A DNA stretch of 64,000 bases from positions 45,200,001 to 45,264,000 of the forward strand of contig OZ249436.1 of NCBI GenBank assembly GCA_965235115.1, in the 5' to 3' direction. How positions within the stretch are numbered: the stretch's first letter is position 1; the number at the start of each line of letters is the position of its first letter. Below are positions 13,660-53,000 of the stretch, piece by piece. The stretch is from Laetmonice hystrix (lineage: Eukaryota). Below the pieces are notes generated by a model. It was not told where the DNA came from. It searched no databases and saw only the letters and a program-made list of their open reading frames with translations. The position numbers were made by a program, and so were the translations under genes.

Positions 13660-16600
13660 ATAGGAGTTGTTTTACGCACTGATCTTCCGTACTTCAGATT
13701 TGGAAATAACTTTTTATTATGGACGAAATAACGCGGAAATACAAAGATATGAGATGAAAATATAGGCCTACGACCTCTCAATGCGCCCTCTATCGTGGAG
13801 GTGCAACCTAGCGGCACAAAGCTGACACACAGTGGGCAGGAGGCCACTTAGAGATCTATACGAAGGATAGACAGCGATATAATAAGGAACTTACTAGTAG
13901 AATCATGTAACCATACAAATTGAGAGAGGAAAGTAGGGGATGGACGAAGGAAGAAAGGGTCGGATTGTTGCTCTCCATATTGTCTGCCAGACTCCACGGC
14001 CATGGTGGAACTGCCGATGGGTCATTCCATGTGAAATCACCCAATTTTCAGACAAATCCCAGAGTGATAGTCTTGGATTTGCTTCAAATTTTTTTGACAT
14101 GTTGCCTGTGGTGCCAAATGAAAATATGCAAAGTTTTACCTCATTATCATGTATAGTTTTTTTTTAATAGGGGGTCAAAAAAGTGGGCGTGGCTCCTTTT
14201 ATCGCAACAAAAATGCTGCCGACAGATTTATTCCCATCTTTAACAAACGATAGCTCAGGAAGTATCAACGATATCAACTTGATTTTTTCAACATAGATCC
14301 TTCATCATGTACTCTCTTGTTGGCAGGTGTCAGATTAAAATTTAATCAAGTAGGAGTCAAGCAATTATCTGCTACATTTAAGCATTTTTCTGACGAAAAT
14401 GAAAAATCGTCACATTTCAGATCAGCTTTTCACCCATACCTCATAGGATGAATTGAGTTTGGTTGTTTCTAAATGATAGCACAACTAAAGGGCTTCCTAC
14501 AGTAACAAAAGCAGTTACTTAAGATCAGTAGTTTTTTGGCAAGAATAGCAGGTACCGGGTCTCGGCAGGAAAAAAACCCTATTTGGGCCCCTTTTTTGAA
14601 GATGTGGGTATCCTTCGATTTTGATAATAATTATATCATCAGAAAGCCCTTGATGTGTACCATCAACATACCTATTTTCATTGTTAAACTAGCACCCTTT
14701 CATCTTGAAAAAAAATATTGATTTTTAACAATAATGACACATTTCAGACGTCATCATGCCCACCATGATCTTCCAAAGATAATACTGAAAACACATTCCT
14801 ATATGCCTATTTTCAGTGTGCAACTAGTACTCTTTCATTTTGGAAAAAATTACTGTATTTTAAAATTTTGACATTTCGTAGGTCAGGTCTGAGGATACCC
14901 TGTAAAGAAAATTCCAATGCACTGCTAGATCAGCACTATTGTAGTTCATTTATATTTCACTAGGTGGCAGGCCAGTCGACAGAAACTGGCAAAAAAGTAG
15001 GAGCACATTCTAATTACAGGGTTGCCAGACAACCAGACAGATTCCAGATTGGAAATAGGCATGGTGACAGTACACATCAAGGGAGCACCTTCTGATGATA
15101 TAATTATTATCAAAATAATTTGCATAGGAATGTGTTTTCAGTATTATCTTTAGAAGATCATGGTGGACATGATGACATCCGAAATGTGTCAATATTTTTA
15201 AAAATCAATATTTTTTTTCAAGATGAAAGGGTGCTAGTTTAACAATGAAAATAGGTATGTTGATGGTACACATCAAGGGCTTTCTGATGATATAATTATT
15301 ATCACAATCGAAGGATACCCACATCTTCAAAAAAGGGGCCCAAATAGGGGTTTTTTCCTGCTGAGACCCGGTACCTGCTATTCTTGCCAGAAAACTACTG
15401 ATCTTAAGTAACTGCTTTTGTTACTGTAGGAAGCCCTTTAGGTGTACTATCATTGAGAAACAACTAAACTCAATTCATCCTATGAGGTATGGGTGAAAAG
15501 CTGATCTGAAATGTGACGATTTTTCATTTTCGTCAGAAAAATGCTTAAATGTAGCAGATAATTGCTTGACTCCTACTTGATTAAATTTTAATCTGACACC
15601 TGCCAACAAGAGAGTACATGATGAAGGATCTATGTTGAAAAAATCAAGTTGATATCGTTGATAGTTCCTGAGCTATGGCTTGTTAAAGGTGGGAATAAAT
15701 CTGTCGGCAGCATTTTTGTCGTGATAAAAGGAGCCACGCCCACTTTTTTGACCCCCTATTAAAAAAAAAACTATAAATGATAATGAGGTAAAACTTTGCA
15801 TATTTTCATTTGGCACCACAGGCAACATGTTAAAAAAATTTGAAGCAAATCTGAGACTATCACTATGGGAGCCCTGGGTGATTTCACATGGAATGACCCC
15901 GATATCTTGGCGGACGATACTTGTATCGTATAACATAGCAGTGCATAGGCCTATTGGTTAGAGAGAGTACATCTTCCGTACTTCACATTTGGAATTAATT
16001 TATTCTAGACGAATAAAGGGATATACAAAGATATGGGATCAACATATACCACCTCTCAAGGCGCCCTCTATCGTGGAGTTGCCACCTAGCGGCACAAAGC
16101 TGACACACAGTGGGCTTGCACCTGGCAATGGACTGACAGGAGGCCATTTGTACGAAGGATAGACAGAGATATAATAAGGAACTTACTAGTAGAATCATGT
16201 AACAATACAAATTGAGAGGGGAAAGTAGGGGATGGAAGAAGGAAGAAACGGTCGGATTGTTGCTCTCCATATTGCCTGCCAGACTCTACGGCCATGATGG
16301 ACATGCCGACATCTAGGCTGACGATACTTGTATCGTATAACATAACAGTGCATAGGCCTATTGGTTAGAGAGAGTACATCTTCCGTACTTCACATTTGGA
16401 ATTAATTTATTCTAGACAAAGAAAGGGATATACAAAGATATGGGATCAACATATACCACCTCTCAAGGCGCCCTCTATCGTGCAGTTGGGACCTAGCGGC
16501 ACATAGCTGACACACAGCTGGCTCTCGATGGACTGACGGGAGGCCATTTGTACGAAGGATAGAGTCTACACACAGATATAATAACGAATAGCCTTACTAG

Positions 16601-16850
16601 TAGAATCATGTAACAACAGAAATTGAGAGAGGGAGGTAGGGGATGTAAGACAGGAGTTGTTTTACGCACTGATCTTCCGTACTTGAGATTTGGAATTAAC
16701 TTTTATAGACAAATAACGCCGAAATACACAGATCTGAGATGAAAATATACGACCTCTCAATGCGCCCTCTATCGTGGAGTTGCCACCTAGCGGCACAGAG
16801 CTGACACACAGCGGGCGGGTACCTGGCAATGGACTAACAGGAGGTCCGCC
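13660..16850. repeat. Diverged ~300-410-bp tandem repeat (about 4 units) interrupted by a foldback transposon
   Basis: tcttccgtacttca.atttggaa recurs at ~13683, ~15972, ~16380 and ~16673; gcgccctctatcgtg..cctagcggcaca recurs in each unit. Confidence 0.85.
14019..15899. mobile_element. Non-autonomous foldback DNA transposon, Sola2-like (GGG termini, ~780-bp TIRs, 4-bp TSD CGAT)
   Basis: Left arm 14019-~14800 is the reverse complement of right arm ~15124-15899. CGAT is present at 14015-14018 and 15900-15903. The paralogous host unit at ~16290-16340 shows the empty site. Confidence 0.82.
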
Positions 16851-17307
16851 CTATCACCAGGTAGGCATATCTAGGTAATGTTCAGGGGACACTTCCCCCT
16901 GGGATTTTCGATCAGCCAGCTTCGGCCCTGGGCTGATACATCCTGTAGCGTATCGGTATCTCACATGTAAAGGTAGAATGTAGAATTTTCTTACTGTTAT
17001 GTCTTGGAAGTTGAGAGTCAAGAGGGCCAGAGAGTTCGTCAATTCTCTCCAGGTGTGGTATTCAGTGGCGGATGGGGGGGGGGGTGTTGAACTGGAATGT
17101 AGAACTTCGTTAATTTCCCCATTCAATGGCTGAGTCACTAAATGCAACCTACGGTATATCTTTATCTTTATGGCAGAGTCGTAGTTCATATATTTTAATC
17201 GAGTCGTATAGATCTTTCGTGGTAAAGACTATTCAGACAACGTATAGAAAACGACTCCTCATCAAAATCGTCAATGGGAAATCCAATAAAGTACAAAAGG
17301 TACAGTT

Positions 17308-17328
17308 TTTATTCAAAATAACTTTATT
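17308..17328 (-). terminator. Candidate FASN polyadenylation signals (two AATAAA on the - strand)
   Basis: tttatt at 17308-17313 and 17323-17328 on +, followed on the - strand by U/GU-rich sequence; would give a ~2-kb 3' UTR. Confidence 0.45.
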
Positions 17329-19276
17329 TCCTATGAACATTTGGTTTAGGCATGACAAAAACTGTCTTTAATATATGTATGCTAGGATTCAAACTTCATA
17401 TAAATAATCGGAGTAAGCACCGCTGTTTATGCCACCGGGGAAAAAAATGGCACTCATGATTTTAAATACAACATTAAATATGTATATACCAATCATCAAT
17501 ATTTTATATACCAATATATCAATATTTTATATACCAATATACCAATCAATGTTATTACTGAGTAGATCTTAGGATACGGTAAACCCTTGTACTTATCACC
17601 TGTTAATCCCAGTTTTTAACGTACTCTCATGAAACCTTAACATTGGAATGCTGCATTGTTACAGGACTGGCCGCATTGTTACACGACTGGCCATTGTACT
17701 GGCCGCATTGTCACAGGACTGGCCAACAACAAGAACTACTTGACAACACAAATAGTTTACTGCCTTCACTCTAGGCAGAACAATTCTAGCACAACTCTTG
17801 GTGGGGCGGGGGCGCACACACGTTTTCTTAATCGAGTATAAATGAAAGACCTGTTGGTTGTCACCTGTGACAGGCACATTAAAGCATACAAGAAAACTTC
17901 CATCCCTCTCAGTCATCACGTGACCAGGATAATCTTCGCTCTCACCGGTACGCGCCAATCAGGTCCATGTCCAGATCATCCATAGGTAAAACGGTTTTCA
18001 CAATCATGACATAAACAAACCCTTCACTATACTTTGACGGTATATTTACATAAAGCGATTGCCGTCTAACATTTACACAGCTGCTCCACGTATTGCGTTA
18101 TTAATGATGTCACGTGATCTAGGGAATGTCACGTGATCAAAATATAAAAGGCATACAGAAACTTTACGGAATGCACACGAAAGCTCAGAAAACAAACGTA
18201 TAAAGGAATATGTTGGATATAACGAAACAACGATACAAAGTTTACATTTTGAATAAAGGCAGTAGTATCAGGCAGAAATATATTTTCAAATATTCACCGG
18301 TATCACGTTAAACAAATTTATCACATTTAAGAACGGAAAAAAAAGAGTGTTTCAAGATCACGTATAAAGGATACTTTTAACTTCTTCAATGGTCTGAGAT
18401 GTCAATTGAGTTGACATGAGATTAAAGGTTATGATACCCACGCATCTCTTGGAATGATTGTACATCATAAACGTTTCACATATAAACGTTTGTAACATCT
18501 TCAAATCGACGACACTAACAAAAACAACATGCATCCTAACAGAAATACTCTCCCACAGTGTTAGCCAGTCCTTAAATTGTGTGCAACATCAGATGAAGCA
18601 TTCGCCGATAATCGGTATAAGTCAACTGGAAGGTGATTAGATTATGATTACCAGTAAAAAAGTCACTGCTAGATGATTTTTTAATCCAATTGTACGTAAA
18701 GCTCCTTGGTTTCGCTTGGCTTTCAATGGAATGACGACATTAATTTGTCGTTTCGTCTGGCCTTCACTGCAGATTTCCAACATCACGCCTGGCTTTCATT
18801 GCGATGTCGCCATTGATTCTTAGTTACGCCTGGCTTCCATTGCGATGTCGCCACTGATTCTTTGTTACGCCTGGCTTTCACCACGATGTCGCCATTGATT
18901 CTTTGTTACGCCTGGCTTTCACCACGATGTCGCCATTGATTCTTTGTTACGCCTGGCTTCCATTGCGATGTCGCCATTGTTTCTTTGTTACGCCTGGCTT
19001 TCATTGCGATGTCGCCATTGTTTCTTTGTTACGCCTGGCTTTCATTGCGATGTCGCCACTGATTCTTTGTTACGCCTGGCTTTCACCGCGATGTCGACAT
19101 TGTTTCTTTGTTACGCCTGGCTTTCATTGCGATGTCGCCATTAATTCTTTGTTACGCTTGGCTTTCACCGCGATGTCGACATTGTTTCTTTGTTAAGCCT
19201 GGCTTTCACCGCGATGTCACCATTGATTCTGTGTTACGCCTGGCTTTCATTGCGGAGTGCCGACATTGTTTCTTTG

Positions 19277-44080
<24,804 letters not shown>

Positions 44081-44259
44081 GGTATTTAACCCTGCGTATA
44101 TTTCCGTCCAGGGAAGCAGCACGGACCACCGCCAAGCCTCTCCCAGCACGGTCACCGTCCAGGCGAGACAGCAGTCGGTCGGTGTGAATTCCTGTGCTAT
44201 AATACCGGCTCCATTGAACCTTACAGTCTGGCTTGGTCTCGTGTGTTCTGACCACCCAG

Positions 44260-44400
44260 TGAGTCAGCCAGTCAGCCCAGTCAGAGTCTGCCTCCCGACA
44301 TTTTCATAAATTATCTCTGGCGTCAATAGCGTCGGGAAGAATCAATGGGTGGGTTGCATGGTGACGTGGAACCTCACCTGATGTCTGTCCTAGCAACGTG
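44260..44400 (-). promoter_or_regulatory. Candidate proximal FASN promoter
   Basis: Lies upstream of exon 1: CTCACCTGAT (SRE/E-box-like, 44373-44382), GTGACGTG (44361-44368), a TGACG half-CRE (~44321-44325) and TGAGTCA (44260-44266). Confidence 0.45.
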
Positions 44401-44494
44401 CGCTTCTGGCAGCAAGCACAACAAGGCACTGATTGAGCAATCATCTACGACTTTCTTTCGGCACAATAAGGAGCGCTGTCTTTCCACCATACCA

Positions 44495-44740
44495 AGAGAG
44501 ATAGAGATAGACAGAGAGAGAGAGAGAGAGAGAGAGGCAGAGAGAGACAGATAGAGAGACTCAGAGAGAGACAGACAAAGAAACAGGGAGAGACAGAGAG
44601 ACACAGAGAGATAGACAGAGAGGCATAGAGAGAGGCAGAAAGAGACAGAGGCAGAGACAGAGGCAGAGAGAGAATGACAGAGAAAGGCACAGAGAGAGAG
44701 AGAGAGGAAGGGACAGAGAAAGAGACAGAGAGAGAGACAA
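44495..44740. repeat. GA-rich microsatellite
   Basis: Degenerate (GA)n/(GACA)n tract. Confidence 0.9.
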
Positions 44741-47683
44741 AGTTATCGACCTTCAAGGTCTCCTATAAAACCATCACCCTCTGTCGGGGCCTATAGAAAT
44801 TGCGGCCTATTGTGTAATTGCCGATAACTCCTGACAGATGCAACAATTGTCCCGTCCCTCTACAATAACTGATGCTGATTGGAAAATGCAGCAGAGACCA
44901 ATGGGCACTAAAATTGTGTGTAATCTTTAGATCACGATAATCTCAGTCAATAATCTCGACCGATAGATTTGCACTACAATATAACATGACAAGGAGTCAC
45001 TTAACGTCCTTCAGAGGTCATCATGCACACACAATGGTTACAAATTTAGGATCAAGGCGCTATCTTTATATACTGTCATGTTGACAACACTTGAGATAAC
45101 GTGCCATTCCCTTTCAATACCATATAGTATGGATATAACAAACATATTTTTTTACGTGAGAACAATGGTTTATGATACAAGCGACCTGATAGGTCTTTAT
45201 GAAGGTCACGTGATCAGGACCAGCTGGTTCGAGCGTCATTGAGCTGTCAGCATCTGATCATTTTATCTCATTACGACACTTATATACTGGTGATCACTTT
45301 CACTGCAAGGTCAGTCGGTGGGGTCTCGCACAGAGAGGTACACTTGGCAGAGGTTATCATTCCCCTTCAGTAACTTGTTGTGTGAGGAGAGACATTGTTT
45401 TAACTGCTCGGAGCATCGAAAAACATCCCCAGATTACGAGGCGATCCGATCATGTTTTAGGAGCGCAGATCGCCCGAGTACATCGTGTTCAAACATTTGG
45501 GACGGACCTTTCAGAAGGACCACACCTTTTGGGTGGTTACCACACTATATCAGACCAACAGTTTTTAAGCTCTCCAAAGAAAAGCAATTGGTACACATTT
45601 ACCCCAAGGAAAGATCTCAATATAACTTTTCAACAGCAGGGGAGCGTTTCACAACATGTCGATCACCTGTCGTTAAAGCCAATGTATTTTCTATGGGGAA
45701 TTTAAGGCACGAGAAGTCAAACGATCGTTGAGTATTAGACGCACCCCTGATTTATAAAACTCAAAGACCACCCTGGACTTGGAAGAAGAAAGAAACGCCT
45801 CAGCACCAGAAACCTAGACGCTCGTCTATATTCTCCAAGTTATATTAGAACCCTAGAGATATATTTTATATATCTGATCATGATTTCTGACATATTAAGA
45901 ATAAAACACGAGGCTCCACCTTCGAGATAAAACACGTATGCGCAGGTGAACCATTCTGGTGAGGAAAATTCCCTCCTCAGGGTTTCCGCCAGAAAATAAT
46001 TGATGGGGGGGGGGGGGGGGTAATTCATGACCGAGCGGGGGGGGGGGGTCTGGCCCAGAGACGTATTTTCTGAGCATCTCAGAGAAAAAATCTCTCCCAA
46101 ATCTGTCAACGAAATTCCATCATTTTTATGTGAGATACACAGAAAATCGTCTTGAGATTTATCCCCCCCCCCCCACTTAAGATTTCTTCCTAGTTTCACT
46201 TGATTGAAAAAGGGCACCTCTTCCACGATTATTGGACGGGTCAGATCAGGCATGGGGGGGGGGGGGATTTCAGGAGATTCTCGCTCCCCGACCCCCCCCC
46301 CCCCGGAAATTCTGGCCCTATATCCGCATGAGCATAAACCCATCCCTTGATATAGGTCTCGGGTCTGGACATCATTTGGTATACTCTTGGCCACTCCCTC
46401 CCACCGTGACGCCCCCATACGGTCCCCTTAGCTGGATATCCTCTAATAAAATTATGCAACCCCTGCAGACAATCTTTTGGCTGACGACTGATGTTGTACT
46501 GACGTAAGTGTCCCTGCTGTCACTCATTAACGACTCCTGTTGGCTGACGGTTCAGATGCACTACATTGACACGCTGTTGTACAGGGTATCACAGGGGTTC
46601 GACGTGTCAAACAACGGGACCCACGTCCCGGCTGGTCCGGTACGGTCCACGCGGACGACGCCGAGACACCGCCTCAGTCACACGCCGGACCAGGTGGCTC
46701 GGCTAACCGGTCGCCGGGGGGGGGGGGGGGGGTCATTGGGTTCACTGAGAACGCCCAACATCAGGCGATTCACGCTTCACTCAGTACACATGCACCAGAC
46801 TTCCTGATTTTATTTTTAAAAAGCATGAATCTAGGCCTAACATTAGACCTATTTCCGATATAGCTGAGCCTGTACACTAGTCAGAAACGTGCCCAGAATC
46901 GAGGTCGGCCCAACCCCTGCAATGTGGTCATAAAGCCATACTACTATAATTATTGGCTAATATAGCCTAAAATAATATTGTATTTATTTTTTCAGGGTTA
47001 GGCTATTAATATGAGCCTACATTATAAGCTGAAAACCCACTCTAGACCAAATTAAGTTACATGTGTATATTCAGTGTAGGTCTATGACCGATACCAAACA
47101 AACAGCCGTCTAAATGCATGTACATATTCTGTAAGCTACATAGAATTATCTTTCCTGAGCCCATTAATTTAGTCTGAATCAGTGCATTTTAGGCAGACCA
47201 ATCAACAAAAAAATTATAATAAGGTGTTAAAAATATTTTATGTCTTTCTCTTACGTGAAGAGTTATATCTTAGGGGCCGCCAGCCCCCCCCCCCCCCGTA
47301 TTGACATAATACGGTTTGACGAGTGTCGTTTCTCACACTGCACAGCGACACTCCCCCAGCCTGTGGTTGTCCCCGTTGCGGTTACAGTGCACCGGCGTGC
47401 TGCATCGAAATATTTCAAGATATTTCAACACAAAATTTCCACAAAAATCTTAGAATTTGATGGTGTGTGGCTAATTCGTCCTATTTACGAGCAAGCGTGG
47501 TTCTCAGCTTGAGTATAGGCCCTGATATAGGACCGGATAACACAGACCGCGAACTGCCAGGAACAGCGACGACCTGCATGCACTACGATACAGCGCCGAA
47601 TGAAAATATCCGCTGCTGGCATTTCCACCGGCACCAGCCCAATATAAACTGACTGCCAATAGGTGTAAATAGACAAGACTTAC

Positions 47684-48300
47684 CCATTCACAAAACACGA
47701 ATTTCTCACGCTTTTAGACAGGCGCTGACAAAGTTCTGAAGCCTGCGTGTCGTTTAGAGAGAGTTTATATAGCTAGCGGATGCAGGGCTCGGTCGGGTGA
47801 GTGTGCCGTGGTGTGAGAGCATGGGGCCATGTCAGTCCCACCAATCACATCACAAGGAATCACTCTGACGTCACATTGTGTGCATATTATAATAACCGCG
47901 GGAGTTGTACGCACGTGGCCGTGTTTACATTCCGTAAGTGCAGGTGCACTTGGATTGTTCGCTTCGTGGAATGACATGCCGCGGTTCAGTGTTTTTATGG
48001 CCAAAATCAGGTGACACTGCGTGCGCCAATGATAGTACTTCCCGTATACAACAAAACTGACTCAGGTGATTTTAGCTTGCATGTATACGGCCTCTCTGAC
48101 ATAAATGTGGCGTATGTAATCGGCCAAGCATAGACCTAAGATACGACAAGAGATTATTACTGAATCAGTGAATGTACTGACTCTCGAAACGGGCGACAGA
48201 CGCTTGGCGGTGCTGTGTGGAGTCTCGCGGACACGCCTCCCAACACTCCGAGCTCTGTCCGGGGGTCGGGTGGGGGTGGGCGGGGCGGCCAATGGTGATG
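47684..48300 (-). promoter_or_regulatory. Candidate distal FASN promoter and alternative first exon (~47737-47684)
   Basis: On the - strand: TATATAAA (47771-47764), Inr-like TTCAGA about 32 nt downstream, and donor G/GTAAGT at 47683. Upstream are CCAAT (47841), TGACGTCA (47866-47873), ATCAGGTGAC (48006-48015), CCAAT (~48026), CTCAGGTGAT (48061-48070), and a GC box plus CCAAT (~48278-48295). Confidence 0.55.
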
Positions 48301-49529
48301 GTGGTGGTGGTATGGGGGGGGGGGGGGTAGCTATAGTGGTGTTAGTGGGGGGGGAGGGGGGGGGGGCTGGGATGGTGGGCAAATGGTCGCCACAGCAGTC
48401 ACACCAAGTGGCGACAGACACAATAGCGTCACCATGCAGCTATTTTTTTGGTATGGGGCATGGAGTCTATAGCCCTGGTATTAACCTAGATGATTAGGCA
48501 TCGTTTCATTCGATAATTAGGCCTAGGCCTAGATCATAGATCTAATGCCTGACATTAACGCAGTGGTTATTCTGCCGTCAGACGGCAGAATAAATACATG
48601 TAGGCCTAAATTAGTTTGACTTAGGCTATTACCGACATGAAACAATATGTTTCGGTTAGGGTTAAGGTTAGGCCTATAGGTTAGTGTTAGTTTTCCAGTC
48701 CCAAAATTGTTGTTAATTAGGCACTAATTAGATAATACGCTATTCTACCGTCAGTCATCATCCAATAAGAATCCAGTGTTGCAGTCACATGACCAGGGAC
48801 GCCGGAAGCAAATTATTATGGGGGGGGGGGGCAAGAGAGCTGTTCAAAGCGAAAGTGATAGGCTACAACATGTTTAGTAAAGCAGGGTCGGAGGCCCTCC
48901 CCGAGAAAATTTTGAAAACTACACACCCTAAAACGCTTTTGTACCCCATTTTGAGGCAGGATTTTTTTTTATGTTTTGAAGCGTATGGGGGCCTACTGTA
49001 GCCTAGTCCTATGTGGAAAAACCTGAATTTTTTTCATTCATGATCACAGAATTGGGGGGGGGGGGGTCTACCGAATTTAGGCCTACCCCTGGCCTATATC
49101 AGTGGCGGATCCAGGGGTGGGGGCTGGGGGTGCGGAACCCCCTCACCTCCAAGTGCCCTTTTCTCTCACCCCAAGTGCCCTTTTTGGATTTTTACGAAAA
49201 ATTAAAAAAAAAGTCTAATTGTCTATAGGCCTATTAGGCTGATCTATATATAGGCCTACAGCGCACTGTATTTGGCACTGTAATTTTCAGCGTTCGCATG
49301 TGGGACAACCCCTTTCCCGAATTCCTGGATCCGCCCCTGACTGCCCCCACTCACGGGGGGGGGGGAGGGGGTGCGAAAGTGCCCTTTTTTCCATAGCACC
49401 CCCCCTCTTGAAAATCCTGGATCCGCCCCTGTATAATGACTTTTAAAGTACGCATAAGCCGCATGCAACGTTTGGTCTTTATAGGTCTACATGCACGAGC
49501 AATGGTTCGTGACATTGTGGGGTTGCTAA

Positions 49530-50002
49530 AGACCGCCTTTGTCCCCAAAGAAAACGGACCCCACCCCTTCCAGAGACACACTGCCGGACGGTTAGTAAAC
49601 TCTGGATGCGAACATAAAAGATATAGCCCTAGGTAGGTGACACAATCTTCGCCCCGCCTTTGTCCCCAAAGAAAACGGACCCCACCCTTCCAGACACACA
49701 CTGCAGGACGGTTAGTAAACTCTGGATGGGAACATAAAGATATAGGTATATATAGGTGACACAATCTTCGCACCGCCTTTGTCCCCAAAGAAAACGGACC
49801 CCACCCTTCCAGACACACACTGCAGGACGGTTAGTAAACTCTGGATGGGAACATAAAGATATAGGTATAGGTGACACAATCTTCGCACCGCCTTTGTTCC
49901 CAAAGAAAACGGACCCCACCCTTCCAGACACACACTGCAGGACGGTTAGTGAACTCTGGATGGGAACATAAAGATATAGGTACAGGTGACACAATCTTCG
50001 CA
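49530..50002. repeat. ~115-bp tandem repeat, ~4 copies
   Basis: ccgcctttgtccccaaagaaaacggaccccacccttccagacacacactgcaggacggttagtaaactctggatg... repeated. Confidence 0.92.
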
Positions 50003-53000
50003 TTAGATGGAGCAGAGGAAGCAGCCCCATTGGATTTGATATAGGGGCCTATAGTAGATAGGCCTATCGTTGCCTTTCCGAAATTATACTCATAGCCCCT
50101 TTAAGTTTTTATAAAAGCATAGACCAATGTATTTGAGATATTAAATCTACTGAGCGTAGATTGGTTGGGATGTAGATCTAAAGCCTTTTTATTTTATAAA
50201 GGGGGGGGGGGGGGGGTAGATCTACGCCGTCTTTGGGAAATTATCAACTACACTGGACATAGATTTAGCCCCGTTTCTTTTAGAACAGACTGCATATCGT
50301 TATACGAAAGACAACAATGCACTTGGACATGATAGGCCCTACTGATAAACGTGCCCACTGGAAGTGAGATCCAAATTCTACAGCCATATAGGACGCCCCC
50401 AATAAAATTATCGGGGGGAGTGCCCCCCTGCCACGGGTTGAGCTAGAAAGAGACGCGGTTGGGTCGGCCGCCAAAACAAGAGTCAGAGATGCCGGTTATA
50501 GATTCTATACCAGCTTGGTGAGGCAGAATCGATCTGAACCTGTTGCAAGAATCAACGTCTAGTCGTGTTCAGCAGAATTGCCATCTATTCAATGCGGCTA
50601 GAAGTTTCACACGACGTTTGGTGGTCTTTCTTAAGGTTTGAACTTGAATTCGTTCATTCCGCAGTCAAATTCTTGGAACAGGTGCAAATATGGTGGCCTA
50701 TCTGTATACTGCGGCGTTCATACGACCTCCGCTCGATCTCCCCTGGCATCTATCGTTTCGCGTCCAGAGGCTGGTGCAGGCCTAAGTTGGACGTTATAGC
50801 TTGTTCCACGATGCCATGACTTTCTGGGAATGGGAGAACTTAAAGTTAAAGTCCAAGGTGTAGCCAGGGGGTTCTGGGTGGCCAGAACCGCCCCCAATAG
50901 GGGGACAGTCACGCCTAGCTGCCAGCAAACCCCTCGACTGAGTTCTGCCTACACCTCTGAAGTACAGTCTTGTATACACCTATTGCTTCCCTCACCAAAT
51001 TTATATTTTCCTTGCCATTTCATGTTTAAGTCCTTCCTGGTCATGATGTTCTTTCACGACTCGCAGACAATGAGAGACTCGGAGTTGTGGAGGTTTTTTG
51101 TCATCACTTCCTGCATACCGGCCTACGTGTTCTATATAATCTAGTCTACCTCCGATTCCATTAATCCCGACCTCATTTGAGCAAAATGACCTTCAGGAGA
51201 CCACGACAACTCCGAAGCACACTTCTCGCTATTCACAGGTGACGTTGGCACTACTGTAAAAATATGTACACACCGGATTTTCTATGATACAGAATTCAAT
51301 AGACTCAAGCCCAGGGCGACTTATACAGCGCCTCTTTCATCTACTGCTTTCTTCCTAATCAGTTGTGAGAAAGTGAATTAAGCCTAAAGCCGTCGTGCTC
51401 TAGCTCGGCCCATGTTTTCTCCCGGTACCAGTGTCTCATTGCTCACGCGGTGTCCTTGGACTATGCCTCAAGGTCATCGACCTCCAACTGCTCCGTTCCT
51501 CTTCTAAAAAATGGGAAAAAATATCATAAAAAATTGGGAGGACATATGTGCACGAAGGGATAGATAACTAGATAGACCGCTTCTATATACTCTATCTTTC
51601 AGAGAAGATTAATAGTCTTTATTAGTAGAACTCAAATCTCACATAATTTTAGTTGAGAGAAAATTTGACGTCAAAGAGAAGGGATCCTGACCTTGACGTC
51701 CCTGGATCCGCTATGCACTGACATGTTTGTATACGGGAATAGGCACAATGCTGAGTGAAATCATAATATATATTTTATATTAAGGTGTTGTGTGATAAGA
51801 TTGAAATGTTAACAATCATGTTGTTGATCCACACAATAGGTACTGGATTAGAGTTAATTAGATAATTGTATACAAAAAATATCGGCATAACTGACAAAAT
51901 GTGATAGTTTTTAACGTGATCGCCATTAGATTCTATAGCAAGCATTATTTCTACATTTAGATTTACTTGAAATCAAAACTAAAGTAACAACCAATATGGT
52001 GTAGGTGTGTCGGTGTGGGTGTGGATGGGGGGGGGGGGGTGTGTGCGTGTGTGTGTCGGGATGGGTGTGTGTGTCGGGGTGCGTGTCTGTGTCTGGATGG
52101 GGGCGGATGTAGGCGGGGCGGAGAAGGGTGTGGGGGGGGGGGGGGTTCTAATCCCAGACTACCCAACCCCAACCCCCCCCCCCCAAAATTACCATGACTT
52201 CAGCTTGAGCACTGCATGATTCCACGGAGATTCTGGTCCCTTTTCACACAAACGTTATTATTTTCAAGACATCAATCTTGACGCCAGGACATGATCAAAT
52301 ATGGAGATGTATAGTTTCATTTCATATCAAAGTTTCTGTAAATGCCGAACAGAATAATGTCACATCCTATTTCATAGCTCCTTCACGTCTCCAAGCCAGC
52401 ACCATTAGAGTTTCGGGGGTGGGCCAGGGGGTTTGCCCGTTGAGCACCATTGTTCGCCTAAATGAAGGGTAAAATGTTCCGAAATGATCAGTCAGTAGCC
52501 GTCTTGTGCCATTCCACCCGACGTGCAAATCCCACTTTAAACCAGTTCCATGTTAAAACCAAGGACTCCATAACAATAGTGGCGGGGTCACGGGCCACGC
52601 AGTTTTCATGTCCACCCCCATTTGCTTTTGCACAACGCGTGTAAATTTCGCGCAGGCCAATGGCCCTGGACACTGGTCACTCTGGTATAGGACACGCTCC
52701 ATTGACTCCAATTTGGAATGTTTACCAACTGGCGTCCTTTATAGCAACCGACAAAATGGCGGCCGAAACACCGACGTCAGGGAACAAATGAGCAAAAAAA
52801 CGACATGAAAGTGAAAATTGCAATAAAAATAAAATAGCCATTTCACATGGGAGAATATGTAGACATTTCGGGCAGATTGAGGGGGCACAGAAGAGAAGAT
52901 AGCCCAAGTTGCAGGAACCTTTACCCTACCTATTATTATATAGATTGTTCATTGGGTAGGCCTATAAATGAACTTTGAACTTCCACATGTCCCTTTTATA

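Noticed and set aside
48650..48690. ggttagggtt motifs as interstitial telomere
   Set aside because: Only a few degenerate units are present, and they match the interior of the MITE at 35296-35522 in inverted orientation.
45990..52200. Many long G/C homopolymer runs and Pro/Gly-rich ORFs
   Set aside because: They are low-complexity parts of small dispersed repeats (e.g. cagtggcggatcc...ggatccgcccctg at ~49100-49430); there is no coding evidence.
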